Origin: Felis catus
Lineage: Eukaryota
Assembly: GCF_018350175.1 (NCBI RefSeq)
Contig: NC_058375.1
Span: forward strand, 215,264,001 to 215,328,000
Direction: 5' to 3'
Length of the DNA: 64,000 bases
The notes beneath the pieces are model-generated. The model worked only from the letters and a program-made list of their open reading frames with translations. It had not been told where the DNA came from and made no database searches. The translations under genes were made by a program, and so were the position numbers. This document shows, piece by piece, positions 28,329-44,300 of this stretch (within the stretch, counting starts at the first letter, position 1; each line of letters begins with the position of its first letter).

Positions 28329-28640
28329 TTTTTTCAACTTTTATTTATTTTTGGGACAGAGAGAGACAGAGCATGAACGGGGGAGGGGCAGAGAGAGAGG
28401 GAGACACAGAATCGGAAACAGGCTCCAGGCTCCGAGCCATCAGCCCAGAGCCCGACGCGGGGCTCGAACTCACGGACCGCGAGATCGTGACCTGGCTGAA
28501 GTCGGACGCTTAACCGACTGCGCCACCCAGGCGCCCCAGGCAGCTTCTTTCTTGAACACCGTTTCAAACTTTGGGCCTTGTTCAAGTGCAATGGGAAGCC
28601 CCTGAAAGGTCGAATTGTGATGGGTTGTGTTCAGGAAAGT
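27815..28640. mobile_element. L2 remnant (interrupted by a SINE)
   Basis: CATTCATTCATT...ATATTTATTGAATG and GGAAGGCTTCTCAGAGGAGGTGA...AGAACAGCATGTGCAAAGG are typical L2 3'-region motifs. Confidence 0.65.
28299..28537 (-). mobile_element. Young felid SINE (SINEC_Fc-like)
   Basis: Perfect 16-bp TSD AGGCAGCTTCTTTCTT, long T tract, CpGs intact. Confidence 0.95.
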
Positions 28641-29460
28641 GCACACTGGCTGCAGTGGGGGGACAGGACTGGAGGAGGTAAGAGGGAGGTGTCGGGGAGG
28701 GGCCCAGTTAAGATTCCCTGCAGCTGTCCCTGGGCCCCGTCAGTTTGCTCCGTATCCATATTCACGTATTCCTTCTTCCTTTTCTTTTTGAAAGAAAAGA
28801 TGTCTCCCCCCCCACTTGTGCCCCCCGAATCGTGGGACCTGGACCCCTTCCACCTGTGATTTCTAGCTGGACCCTTTCCTTCTGAGCAAGGACTGCCTGT
28901 GTGGCGAGAGGGCCCTTCCCTTCACCCCACCCCCTCCCAGCCTGTCCGTCGGGCTGCCCACCCTGGATGTGTCAGGCAGTTTTCCTTTATTTCCTGGTCA
29001 CCCCTTGATCTGAGCCTCTGAACCCCCAGCACGGCCTTCCCAGGAGACCGCAGGCTGAACGGTCACCCCCTAACGTCCAAATCCAAGGCCCTGCCTGCCA
29101 CACAGCTTTCATCCTCCCGACCTGGCCCGAGACCCCCCTCCCCCGGTCCACGTGACACTCTGGTGCTCCACATCGTCATTTCCAGACGTTGCTGGGCCCC
29201 CATCCCCAGCCCGGAGCTCAGTAAACCCAACCGGCTTCCTCCGCTGGGGGAGCTCTGCCTCATCAAGCTCCGGCCAAGCTCCCCAGTGCCTGAAGCCCTG
29301 GGATCGGGTTTTAACATAAAACATTACAGAAAAATCACAAAGGATAACAGCAAATTCCTTATCTCTTTCTCCGGTCACCAAGTCTTCTTGGCTGTTGTGC
29401 ACATTGGACTTTAGCTTCCCGTGGGTGAAGGCCTCATGACCGCACTTGGTTTCTGCGGCT

Positions 29461-29680
29461 TAAAAAAATTTTTTTTAAGGTTTATTTATTTATTTTGAGA
29501 GAGAGAGAGAGAGAGAGAGGGAGCGAGCAGGGGAGGGGCAGAGAGAGAGAGAATCCCAAGCAGGTTCCACGCTGTCAGCTCAGAGCCCGACATTGGGCTC
29601 CAACTCACGGACCGTGAGATGATGATGACCCGAGCAGAAATCAAGAGTTGGACGCTGAAGTGACTGAGCCGCCCAGGCGC
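29461..29680 (-). mobile_element. Can-SINE
   Basis: TSD CTTGGTTTCTG(C/T)GGCTT. Confidence 0.92.
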
Positions 29681-30017
29681 CTTGGTTTCTGTGGCTTCTG
29701 TCGCTCTTTCCTCATTTATTTGCTCATTCAACAATTGAGTGTCTACCGCGTGCCAGGCTTTGTGGCATGCACACGCTCATGCGTGCACGCACACACACAC
29801 ACACACACACACTCACCCCTAGTCCCTTGAGTCTCAGCTCTTTGCTGGGGGCTCTTTCACACGTGTGCCCTTGTACAACCAGCGCTCTGTTCTCGTCGTG
29901 GTTAAGGGCTCATTATTCTAGTTCAGAGGTTAGACGCTACAGGTAGAGACGCCCTAAAGGGAGGGAAGGAGATTGGGAACGCCCTCTATGTGGTGTTTAA
30001 AAAAAAAAATGGAATAA

Positions 30018-30212
<195 letters not shown>

Positions 30213-31254
30213 TAAAAGTAGCGTCTCCAGTTTCAGCTTTGTGTTGCTTTCTGCGGCTTCTAATGGCCTGTGCTTATTTCTTCAAACAGCTTTATTGAAA
30301 TATAATCTTGCACTTAAGTTTGGTTATCATAGATCGGAAGCTAGAATAACTGTTATTGGCCTGCTGCGTTAAATCTCCTTGGCTGAATGTATTTAATAGA
30401 ACAAGAATTTTTATGTCGTTAAAATACCGGTCGAATATGATCCCAGCACTCTCCAAAGAGCTGTCTGCGACCGTGGGTTAAAATTTTCATCTGGGTCTCA
30501 GGAGTTGATAATAGCTGTGGGGCTTTGTCCCAGGGCTCCCCGTGTACTCAGATGCACACACACTTCACACACATGAGAAAATTTGCATCCAGTTTCAGGA
30601 ATTTACGCGCCTCCTAAAGCTCATGGATGAACCTGTTTTAAAATTCTCATCCGTGATCTTTGCCATCTTAGAATTCCATCAAGGTGGTATTACCCACAGT
30701 AAAGCAATCGTTGGCCAAGACCATGTAGAGTTGAGCCAGCTGAGCAAGAGATGTGAGGTATGCAGAGTAGGGTAAGGCACTAGGAAGTGTGATTTAAGCA
30801 TTAGCCATTTATTAGCATTATTCTTGCTGTGTTTGCCAGGAAATTGGCTGTTTCAGTGTATTTATTAACATGGGATTATATTTGTAGAGATACATAGATA
30901 CAGAATATATTAGCTCTAGAAGAGAGCATGAGAACGTTGTTATACTATGGCTCATTATTTCATAGATTTAGATATAACTTAAGTCAGACAGGGTCCTTGA
31001 AATGTAACATTTATGGAGTCTGAATCTGTGGAAAACATCAGCATAGTTACACTGTTAGGATATGAAATGGAAACATATTAACGTTTGAACTGATCTTCAT
31101 TATATACTTTAGGACACGCAGAATATGGACAAGAGTGAATACCATAGAGAACGTGGCTAAGAAATGACAATTCTGAGTGTCAGATTCTAAGAGAACATGC
31201 TTTAGAATCTCCTTTATAAATGGCTCTGATAATTGGCTGCGTGGCCAATTCTGA

Positions 31255-31494
<240 letters not shown>

Positions 31495-32780
31495 TAAAGC
31501 ACTGTTCCGCTTCGGTGCCAACCTTTACTTCCCTCATTCGTGGTTTTGGACAACCCCGGTGACTTAGTAGGATGGTTGTCGAGAGATACTAAAAATAGAA
31601 GCACTTACTGTAGGAAAGTATCAAACCACTACCGCCATTCAGAGTTTCCAGCCTGTGGTCACGATGTGAGATGTGCTTCTCCAGTTGGGTGCGGCGGGAC
31701 AGACACCGCCCTAGGCGCAGACCGGGAGACGTACGGGGACACTATGTGCAAGATGATTGGAAGGGGTTTATCAGAAGGAGCTCGAGTAAAAATCGAGAAA
31801 ACAGGACTCATTTTGCACCGTGTCCCAACTGCCCAGCCAGTCTCTGGTAAGAGACTTGTCAGCGGTGAGATGCGTATGGGAAAAATAGAACAGCTTGTTT
31901 GAAGACCCGCAGTGAATGTCTTAGGAGTGAGGGACTCCGGACTCCCAGCCAGACAAGCACCTCCAATATGGAAGTGGTATGTCTGTTAAAAACAGTATTT
32001 TTTTTTCCCCCCGGTGGACTGATTCTTCTCACTGGTAATTTGATCAGAGTGGTAGGACTGTGTTTTTTTTTTTTTTTAGCAGTGTCCTCTGGTGGCCTAC
32101 TCAAGTTAAATCAGCCTTAGGAGCTCTGTTTGGTAGACCCAGGTCCCCCTTGGGTCTGCAAGGCCGTGTGCTACTTTGCTTTTGGCTCCTCTGGAAGAAT
32201 CTAAGTCATCAGTTGGTGGGCAGTGAGAATTCACTGAATCGTATACGCGTACGCATGGCGGGGAAGGTTCGTGTATTTCTTAACGTTCATCGTGCGCAGT
32301 CAGGCTCAGAAAACGTTTTTAAGGCGTTGTTGTATAATTGAAGACAAAGACTTGATCTGTATTATATGAGCACGTTATCAGTTTTCATAATGTGATGCAA
32401 ATGAAGTAATGGCTTATGGGTTTTTAAATTATTCATTCCTTCGGCACACATTCACTTGTGTTTGGTCTTTGCAGCATAATGAGCCCTATTGCATGATGCA
32501 AGGCTTTAATAAGTTGAGAGAAGATAGAATTATAAGCAGATCTAGTTAGGTGATTTGTAAACTAATCCCTGTGTGTGAAATGTTCTATTGGTGTAAGGTC
32601 AGACGGTGCAAATAAACATAAACTTAGGCATATAGCGGACGGTACGTTCAATTTTATGGACTCACTAAAGATAGTTAAGGGTGAAGGGCATAGTGGCTAT
32701 GAGAATGGACCCTAGAGGCAGCCCAGCTGTGTGACTTAACTCTGCAAATCGCTTGACCTCTCTGTGCCTCAGTTTCCCCA

Positions 32781-33455
32781 CAGGTGGTGCATTGGCGTCA
32801 GCTGATGCTGACTTGGAAGAACTGACCGCTAAAGTTTTAGACATTTTGTGTCATTTGCGTCACTTGTTCAGTACAGTCATTATTAAAAATTGCATAAACT
32901 CAGAATTAAATTTTTTTTAATTAAACACAGGCAGTAAGGGGCGCCTGGGTGGCTCCGTCGGTTGGGCGTCCAACTTCGGCTCAGGTCGTGATCTCGTGGG
33001 TTCGTGGGTTCGAGCCCCACGTCGGGCTCTGAGCTGATGGCTCATAGCCCGGAACCCGCTTCGGATTCCGTGTCTCCCTCTCTCTCCGCCCCTCCCCCGC
33101 TCATGCTCTGCCTCTCTCTGTCTCTCAAAAATGAATAAATGTTAAAAAAAAACTTAAAAAAAAACCCAAAGGCAATAAATAATCAAGACTCATCACTTGA
33201 GCATTATTTGACTGCATTTCTATCATCTGTGCTCTGGAGGTTGATCACGTCTGCCGTCTCTTCATGCTGGAAATTCGAGACAGTGATGTGCCTCTTCTGC
33301 TCTACTCCCAATTCTGCGTTCAGCGAGATCACACTGGTGCCTGGAAATCAGGCACAGTGGGAGCATTGACACCACAGGAATTGAAAACGACCACAAATGA
33401 GCGCCTACTTCCCCCACAGAGATGCGATTGGCAGACATTTACCAGCACAGCACCC
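32781..33455. mobile_element. MER63-like hAT DNA transposon, interrupted by a SINE and inserted in a MIR
   Basis: CATTATTAAAAATT, ACTCATCACTT, CCCAATTCTGCGTTCAG and ACATTTACCAGCAC resemble the MER63 consensus as I recall it. Confidence 0.7.
32938..33163 (+). mobile_element. Can-SINE
   Basis: Full head, (CT)n tract and A tail. Confidence 0.93.
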
Positions 33456-33818
33456 ACCGCTCATCCGTCAACGGAGGTGATAATGATAGCGTCTACCTCA
33501 TTGGATTCTTACGGCAATTAAATCGGATGATGTTTCTGAAGCACTTAGAACAGTGGCACATATTAAACACTACCTAAGAATCTGTTTAAAAATAAGCACA
33601 AGCCTTTGGCATAATGGTAATGTTGGTGTAACCTTTTACAGCGCACAAAGCAGTCTCGTGGTGTTTGTTTATTTGTCCCTCACACCAACCCATCGCAGGG
33701 ACGATCTCATTTTGCTGGTTAATAATCCAGGCCTCCGTGGGTACCGCAGGATCAAGAGTTACTGATGGGTTTTGGAGGGCCTGCTCTGCCCTCAAGTCTC
33801 TGAAAAGACATATATATA

Positions 33819-33858
33819 TTTTTAAAAATTTTTCAATGCTTATTTATTTTTGAGAGGC

Positions 33859-33899
<41 letters not shown>

Positions 33900-34057
33900 C
33901 AGGGAGGGGCAGAGAGAGGAGGACATAGAATCCGAAACAGGCCCCACGTTCTGAGCTGTCAGCACAGAGCCTGACGCAGGGCTCGAACCCACAAACCAAG
34001 AGATCATGACCTGAGCTGAAGTTGGACGTTTAACCGACTGAGCCACCCACACGCCCC
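33819..34057 (-). mobile_element. Can-SINE
   Basis: T-rich tail, (GA)n, ends in GAGCCACCCACACGCCCC. Confidence 0.92.
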
Positions 34058-34239
34058 TGTAAAGATCTTGACCTGTGTTAGCTGGTTTCATCCCTGCAAA
34101 CACCTATTGTACAGAAGAGGGAACCGAGGCTCGGAGACACGGCCTTGTTCTAGGTGACCCATCTAGGTGATGGTAGAGACAGGATTTGGAAACAAAGACG
34201 TGTCTGACTGCAAAGCTTTTTTTCTCTTTCCTCGTATTC

Positions 34240-34670
34240 CGGCGGTTCTCAAAGTGTGGTCCCCGGACCAGTGGCAGCGTGGGCATAACCTGGGGACTTG
34301 GTAGTTAGCGACACAGCTTGTCAGGCTCCATGTCGACTTGCTAAAGCAGAAATTCTTTTTTTTTTTTTTTTTTTTTAAATTTTTTTTTCCAACGTTTATT
34401 TATTTTTGGGACAGAGAGAGACAGAGCATGAACGGGGGAGGGGCAGAGAGAGAGGGAGACACAGAATCGGAAACAGGCTCCAGGCTCTGAGCCATCAGCC
34501 CAGACCCTGACGCGGGGCTCGAACTCATGGACCGCGAGATCGTGACCTGAGCTGAAGTCGGACGCTTAACCGACTGCGCCACCCAGGCGCCCCTTTAAAG
34601 CAGAAATTCTAAGATGGTCTCTAGCCACCTGTGTTTTCAGAAGGTGACTCTGACTGAAGTCTGGGGACCC
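34240..34670. mobile_element. MER5A-like MITE split by a young SINE
   Basis: GGTTCTCAAAGTGTGGTCCCCGGACCAG start; continues after the SINE with GCCACCTGTGTTTT. Confidence 0.7.
34357..34593 (-). mobile_element. Young felid SINE (SINEC_Fc-like)
   Basis: TSD TAAAGCAGAAATTCT and long T tract. Confidence 0.95.
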
Positions 34671-35133
34671 TGTCCTATCAAGCGTGTGACCGAGGGAAAG
34701 GCAATGATTAGAAGGATATGGGAAGTGCTGGGCAAAGGAACACGTGCCTTGAGGGCAGAGGAGAAGGTGTAGCTGTCTCGTGCTGGCCCGGGGCAGGCCT
34801 CCCTTCCCCTTCTTATCCCACCTGGAGCCACAGTGTGGGGACTCAGGGGCCACTTGGCAGGTCTGTCTCCAGGCAACGTGTGATCCCCAGAGACCCAACA
34901 TGAGACAGAAACAAACGGTTAATGCCGCCTTTGGCAGAGGATATTCCCCCAAACTGGGGTCAGAAAAGCATCATGAGGGAAGTGGGCTGGGCGGACAGTA
35001 ATGAGGAGTGGCCAGAATGTTGGGGACTGGAGTCTCCAGGTCCCCGGGAGCAGCTGTCACTTGGCTCTGGCTGATGGTTCTCCGTGTTGTCAGACTTTCT
35101 GGTTTTCACTTCTAAATCTGGATTTTAGTGCTG

Positions 35134-35284
35134 NNNNNNNNNNNNNNNNNNNNNNNNNNNNNNNNNNNNNNNNNNNNNNNNNNNNNNNNNNNNNNNNNNN
35201 NNNNNNNNNNNNNNNNNNNNNNNNNNNNNNNNNNNNNNNNNNNNNNNNNNNNNNNNNNNNNNNNNNNNNNNNNNNNNNNNNNNN
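35134..35284. other. Assembly gap (151 N) next to a minus-strand SINE remnant (35285-35394)
   Basis: Run of N; SINE sequence on the right flank. Confidence 0.98.
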
Positions 35285-36097
35285 TATCCACACTATCAGT
35301 GCAGCACCCGATGTGGGGCTTGAGCCCAGAAACCGTGAGATCATGACCCGAGCCAAAGTCAGATGCTCAGCTGACTCAGCCACCCAAGCACCCCGGACGT
35401 GTATGGGTTTTTAAGAGCCTTCCAAACTGTAACGTTGGCAACAGAATCACATTGTAGGATCTATTCTGGAGGACAGGCGGAACATATCCGGAAGCTACAG
35501 TGGCCTGTCATCCACTGGTTTGGGTCTGACGTAAACATGAATTATCTTTAATAAGATTCTCCCTAAGCTCCCATGGGATAGGTTTATCACCGGGCCCAGG
35601 GAGTGGGGGTAAAGGTAAATAATGACCAGGTATACTTGTCAAGTGTCCCACAGCCATTGGCCTGGTCATGTGTGGTTTGCTGGGCAACGGGAGGGTTCCA
35701 AGGTGCCGGTGGTTGGCTCACAATCAATGTCTAGTGTAGACTTCAGAGAAACGGTGTGAACCACACTGCCTCGGAGGACTTCTGCCGTGCCAGGCACCCC
35801 GATAAATTCCTGACCGACACGGTCATCTCTACTCCGCCATAGCAAGAGGCCAAACCACCTGCACACCCACACCCAAGCCCAAGATTCCACCTCGTCGCTT
35901 CCCCGTCTGTTTGGGCTATAATCCAATGTTGCATTAGAGCTGAAAAGATAAAACGTATTCCCCCAAACAGGATTAAAAACAGAAGTTGAAGGTACTATTA
36001 CTTGGTGGCTGGAAATGTGATGTGGTTGAGAAAGAAAACGCTTCGTGTTTCCCTCAGTGGCCTCGGGGTCTGAGTCCTTGCTCTGCTTTCTCCGTAG

Positions 36098-36475
<378 letters not shown>

Positions 36476-36804
36476 TAAAGTAGCTAACACGTTGGCGTGG
36501 TTAATTTTTGCTACTGCCTTTCCTTAAGATCATGAGTCTACCTGCTGGGTCGTCTGATATCTTGCTTTAAGCTCTGTGCTATGTTTCAAATTACCGTCGC
36601 GGATTTTCTTGATTGCAAAGCTTGGTGTGGCGCACACACTGTCTGAAGGCGTCTAACAAGGAAGAGGGAAAAGTGAATGGCCCCTGTTCATGTCTCAGCC
36701 TCTTGGGCATGATGGGTTGCCCATGTGAGGGACTGCCAGGTTTTCGTGTGTAGACAGAAGAGGCAGTGATTATTTCCAAAGGGATAATCCAGGTTTTCAT
36801 CTGG

Positions 36805-37432
36805 GAGGCTGTTGTCGATGCACCCGAATTCTCTCAGGCCTCTCTCTTCTTGACCACAGGCAGGCTCTGTTTCCAACTGTCAGCACCTGCTACTCTTTGC
36901 CATAGGTTTGCTTGGGGCCCCGTGACTGCCAGTGGTTGGTGTATAAATATCCCAGCTCCCTCCCCATTTGGAGGAGCTAATTCTTTTTTTTTTTTTTAAT
37001 GTTTATTGATTTTTATTTTGAGAGGGACAGAGAGAGCACAGGAGGGGCAAAGAGACAGAGAAAGAGGGAGAGAGAGTCCCAAGCAAGCTTCAAGCTGTCA
37101 GCGCAGAGACTCGTGTGGGGCTCAATCTCATGTACTGTGAGATCATGACCCGAGCTGAAATCAAGAGTCGGATGCTTAAGCGACTGAGCCGCCAGGCACC
37201 CCCGGAGGAGCTAATTCTGAGGCATGTGTTCTACACTGGCTCCCAGGACTCCCTAGTGGTAGTAATCTCTAGTTACCTACAGTGACAACTTGTTGATAAC
37301 ACACCCTTCTCATTCGTTCTTTCTTTTCCAATCTTATGCCTCACTCTCCTATGGGTTTCCCTGGGATCACTTCTCAGATCGACTACTCGTCTCAAATTCT
37401 TGATTGCTTCTGGGAAAACTCAAACGAAGTCA
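36805..37432 (+). mobile_element. ERVL LTR16-like solo LTR remnant, split by a SINE
   Basis: The 3' end CCTGGGATCACTTCTCAGATCGACTACTCG...TGCTTCTGGGAAAACTCAAAC resembles LTR16-family termini as I recall them. Confidence 0.5.
36985..37203 (-). mobile_element. Can-SINE
   Basis: Perfect TSD GGAGGAGCTAATTCT. Confidence 0.93.
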
Positions 37433-37538
37433 TTATCTCCTATAATTCTATGAATTTTGTATGTATATACATGTGCATTGCAAAAATCTAAATGAGCTAG
37501 GTGTTTGAAGGAATCAGAAGTGTTCAGAAAGCTTGTTT

Positions 37539-37764
37539 GGGGGGCCTGGGCGGCTCAGTCGGTTAAATGTCTGACTCTTGGTTTTGCTCAGGTCGCGATC
37601 TCACGGTTTCATGAGTTCAAGCCCCAAGCCGGGTTTTGTGCTGGCAGCCTGGAACCTGCTTGGGATTCTCTCTCTCTCTCTCTCTCTCTCTCCCTCTCTC
37701 CTCCCCTGCCCCACTCACACTCTCAAAATAAATAAATACACTTAAAAACATTTAAAAAAAAGAA
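37539..37764 (+). mobile_element. Can-SINE
   Basis: TSD AGAAAGCTT(G/C)TTT. Confidence 0.92.
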
Positions 37765-38270
37765 AGAAAGCTTCTTTTTGACACTATTTATGTTAAAACC
37801 CTCTGTGATATCCGTAATCCTGCCTGAAGCATTTTGGATCTTGGTTAAACCCGAAGGGAAGTTATAGATGGTTAGTTATTTTCCATCTGAAAAGTTTCCA
37901 CGGAGAGATCCGGAATTCTGGAGAGGAGCTGGTGAATGTGTTAGGAATTGGAAGTTTGAATAACACTCCAAAGACAGAAGCGTGGTTTTACGTCATAATA
38001 ATGGAACTTAAACTGTGGGAAAGTTAGACTTTAGTTTGAGCGAATCTTGTAGATGAGAAACGGATTTCTGTGACGAGAAGGAATGCTTCAGGCTGTCAGG
38101 AGCTGTTCAGTTTGTGCATTGCTGTCAGACATACTCCTGCCCTTTGTGCTTTTCTGTCTAGTCATACTCCGTCTTTGATGATAGGTAAGAGACTGTCAGA
38201 TCGTCCTACCCGGTGAGTCGCCGTGATGAAAGTTGCACCTCTGTGCTGTTACACTGGATTCATATACTAA

Positions 38271-38618
<348 letters not shown>

Positions 38619-39309
38619 TGAACATGGTTGTGCCTCTGTTTCCGTGGCGACGGAGGGGTGTTTGGGAGGGGAGGTACCTTCCTGGAAGGTAGCTGTGCTG
38701 GGTGGGCAACCCAGGAGGCTCTCGCTTCTCCCGTGTGCGCAGGTGCGGGATTGTTTTCCAACTGGATGCAGTTTTTAAGTTTAGTTTGAAAAATTAATTT
38801 CTGCCTTTGTGGCATCAGGGATAGGAAGGAGGGCTTGTGTAAATTCTGCTTTGGGAAGCTTGCTGAGATTTGTCCTTGTGGTTTAGCACGTAACGGCTTG
38901 TGTTCAGTTGCGGAGAAGAGACGTTCTCCGTTATTGGAGCACGAAGATGGGTGTTAACTCTGCAAGTCTTACTAACCCCATCGTCAGCTCTCCCGCATTC
39001 TCAGTCCCCTCTTCCCTTTCAGCGGCTACGCGCAGTGTGGCGGCCGGGCCGTTGGGCCTCAGGCCGTCAGTTTCTCTTGGCATTTAGCTTGATATTTTCT
39101 TTTTAGATGCCAATTCCACATTCAAGACTGGGAGTGCCTTCAGGGTCGACAGTGTTTTGTGTATATTGCAAATTTGACTTTGAATCATCATGAACCGTTC
39201 AGATCTTGCCATTTCCTGCTCTTGCCATGAGTCTGTCCTTGTCTGACGTTAATGTTGACTTGACCGCTTGAAGGGATAAGGAACTAACTAACATTACCCG
39301 CCCCTCTGA

Positions 39310-39966
<657 letters not shown>

Positions 39967-40195
39967 TGATTACGGGCTGCTGTCGCCTACGGTGCAGCTC
40001 CCCAAAGTTTAGGAGAGTTGGGGCTTCTACTGGGGCTGCGGGTGACCTTCCCATGCTCCCCTCCAGGGCGCGACTGTTCATTACCTGGAACAGAGAGGCA
40101 TTGCTAAGCATTGCCCTTCTGGAATGCCTGTCTTCTGTCTGCTGTTCGGTCATTCTTGAACAAAGCAGTGTTTTTTGCTGAGAAGATCCAGACTA

Positions 40196-40406
40196 GGGCA
40201 CCTGGGGGCTCAGTCGGTTAAGCGTCCGACTTCGGCTCAGGTCAGAATCTCACAGTCCATGAGTTCAAGCCCCGCGTTGGGCTCTGTGCTGACAGCGTAG
40301 AGCCTGGAGCCTGTTTCAGATTCTGTGTCTCCCTCTCTCCCTGCCCCTTCCCAGCTCACGTCTGTCTCTCTCTCTCAAAAATAAATAAACGTTAAAAAAA
40401 AAAAAA
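40196..40406 (+). mobile_element. Can-SINE
   Basis: TSD AGAAG(A/G)TCCAGAC. Confidence 0.93.
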
Positions 40407-40849
40407 AGAAGGTCCAGACCATGCAGGAACGTGAGCGACCCAGAACAATTGCCTCCCACCGACAGACAGTTTGGACCTGCTTGGTTTTTCTTCCCGTTTC
40501 ACTTGAGGGTTTTCAGTTGGCCATGTGGCCCGTCGCAAAACGCACACGTTTGTCCGTTGTCTTAGGTAACGAAGAGACGCTCGTGACTTTGGCTTCTCTG
40601 TGTTGGCCAAGGGTGTCCGATGCTTTCTTTTAATACATTAAAATTGCGAGGAGAGTCTGTGTATTTCCGATAGACTTCAGAGGAGGGATCCTAGGGTTTT
40701 GACTTTTGAAAAATTCCCCGCGCGGATTTATTCCCCGGGTTCTCTGGTTGGGTCTCAACGTGTAAGCACGGCTTTGATGCGGTAGGTCAGTGTTTCTTCC
40801 ACTTTCTCATGGTTTTTGTCGTGGTCGTCGTGGTTTCGCACGGGGCCCT

Positions 40850-41720
<871 letters not shown>

Positions 41721-42805
41721 TTTCCTCCTCTGTAAAGGAAGGTTGCCGTGAGGGTTGGGGAGGCGGGATGTGACAGGTGCCGGCCCTTTATTTCGGCGGA
41801 GGCTGTTACAGTTATTCTTGGTAGGAGCGGCACTTAGAGGAAGCAGCTCGAACTGGGTGAGGCCTAACTGGAGGTTTTCCGCACCGACTTCCACCGGCCG
41901 TTTGCACTTGGCGTCTCCGGTCTCCGAGGGGAGGTTTTCCCCCCACCCACAATCCCAGTTGGAGGGGCCCGGGTGTGAAGCGGGGGTGGGGGGGGCAGGG
42001 GAGACGTGGGTGGGCTCACCCTTACGTGTCATACACATGATGCACGTGACCACGTTTTGCCTTCACCGCACGTGCGGAGGTGGAGGTCATCCCATTCTGC
42101 TGATAGGGACGCAACAGCTCAGAAAAGGTTCTGGAACATTCTCCCGGTTGCACGGCCAGGAAGTGGCAGAGCTGAGGCTTGAATCCGTGTTGATTGTCCG
42201 TCAGGTGGACTTTCCATTACGCCGTGCAACCGATGATTAGCAAAGTTAGCAAAGCGTTTGTGGGAAAAACAACCCAAAACCCGTTTGCGGCTACAGCTAA
42301 GCCAGAGTAAACGGCGACAGTCATCGGTGACCAGGAAGGCACAAAGAAAGAGTCTTGCTATTTATTGCTGTTTGAGGGTCTGCACCATAACGGGGGGGGG
42401 GGGGGGGGAGAGTGAGGCCAGCCCTGGGGGCAGGATGGCCTGGAGGCGGGGCTGGATGCGGAGGTGGGGCCACGCTCAGCTCACCGCGCCTTTGACCTCA
42501 GGCCTCACCTTGCTGGTGCCCCCAGAGCTTTGGGCCTGGGGGAGGCTGCCTCTTGCTCTTGTTCCAAGTTTTCCAGTCCCAGGGGTTTCAACCAGAGGCC
42601 GATCCATTAATGTTCGCGAGAAATCTCGCTGCCAGACACGTGGGCCCAGGGAGCTGGCTTCGCTGCCTGGGGTCCGAATTTGCTGGTGGCCGTGGAGGCT
42701 GAGCTAGGGAAGAGCCTCCTGTGACTGGGGACCTAGCGGTGCCGCTGGATGTGCTCATCCCCTCGGCAGGAATATGAGAGTGCGGAGGGCTGGACAGGTA
42801 TGACC

Positions 42806-43200
42806 TGTCTTTGTCCGGCTCCCTGAGGGAGAGGCCCCAAAGCAAGGATTTAAATGCAAGTAGTTCGTTCTGGCGGTGAACCCAGGAAGTGCACGGGGTG
42901 GTGGGGACGGTGAGAGGGGCGAGGGAAGGAGGCAGACACAGGTACGCTAAGGAGCACGCTGTCGCCTTGATCAACAGGGCTCAACCCTGCGGGGACTTGT
43001 GGGGGCCGCAGGGAGCCTACCCTGGTGTGGCCCGTGTGGGCACAAGCCAGCTGGTGTTTGCCCAGCAGCTGCAGGCCGTCCTCTGCTGCGGCTGCCCCTC
43101 CTGGGCCGGGCACACTCCTGGCTGCAGCCGCCCGGCAGAGCATGGCGGGCTCCCCGGGGGAAGCGGCTTCTCCGAGATGGAAGGTCTGGCGGGGCACACA
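42806..43200 (-). mobile_element. ERVL LTR16-like remnant
   Basis: TGTCTTTGTCCGGCTCCC...CAAGGATTTAAATGCAAGTAGTT resembles the reverse complement of an LTR16-type 3' end; right boundary uncertain. Confidence 0.4.
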
Positions 43201-43665
43201 GTCCCTGAGCCTCCCAGCCAGCGCCAATCCCCTCCTGACTAACAAAGGCCTTTTTTGAAGCTGTGTGTTCCTTTGATGAGGACCGGTCTACACTCGCCCT
43301 TTTGTGTTGATGTGAGGTGTGGCTCCCAGAGGCGACCTGAGGTTTCTCATTGCCACGTTCTCGGGGGGCCCCCGTCCCACCTCTCAGGGGTTGGCACAGT
43401 CTGGGAGAAGCTTATCCATGCATTACGACTCCGAGTGATGCTGTGATGCCCACTGTCTCCCCCTTCCTGTCACCTGTCTGCCTCCGGAAATAACCCCGGG
43501 GGTCCTGCAGGTGGCGCTGGACGGGTGTGTGAATTTGCAATCAGGGGGAAGGAAGGCTCTAGAAGGACACTTGTTTAAACTTAAGAAGAATTAGAAGTAG
43601 TTAAAAATCATGGCTTTAGGGAATTTGGACTCACACAACTTCTATTTTAAAGTTCCCAGAACCTT

Positions 43666-43869
43666 GGGGCGCCTGGGTGGCTCAGTCAGTTAAGTTTTCG
43701 GCTTCGGCTCAGATCATGATCTCCCAGTTCGTGGGTTTCAGCCCCGTGTCGGGCTCTGTGCTGACCGCTCAGAGCCTGGAACCTGCTTCAGATTCTGTCT
43801 CCCTCTCTGTCTGCTCCTCCCCCGCTCACGCTCTGTGTCTCTCTATCTCTCTCAAAAATAAATAAACAT
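43666..43869 (+). mobile_element. Can-SINE
   Basis: TSD TAAAGTTC(C/A)CAGAACC. Confidence 0.93.
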
Positions 43870-44097
43870 TAAAGTTCACAGAACCCAAGTCAGGAAAGGG
43901 TTGACAATCAAACACACTCGTGAATCATTTTATCGAAGCCCCTCAGAGTCCAGGTAACTAATATAAAAGGAAAGGACCTTGATTTGGAGAGTTATTTCTT
44001 TTGAGGGGGTGTGAGGGTTGGGAAAAAGGGTTACAAACCATCCTGCATTTCGCTGCATTAATAAGGACTCGTGTCCTCTGTCTCTGTCTCCTTGTAG

Positions 44098-44239
<142 letters not shown>

Positions 44240-44274
<35 letters not shown>

Positions 44275-44300
44275 TGTGTGTGTGTGTGTGTGTGTGTGTG
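44240..44300. repeat. Compound microsatellite (GA)~15 then (GT)~13
   Basis: Directly visible, starting 30 nt after exon 16. Confidence 0.97.

Noticed and set aside
28334-28605. Recurring ORFs such as GQRETEHERGRGRERGRHRIG and MAQSVKRPTSAQV
   Set aside because: They are translations of Can-SINE copies found throughout the window.
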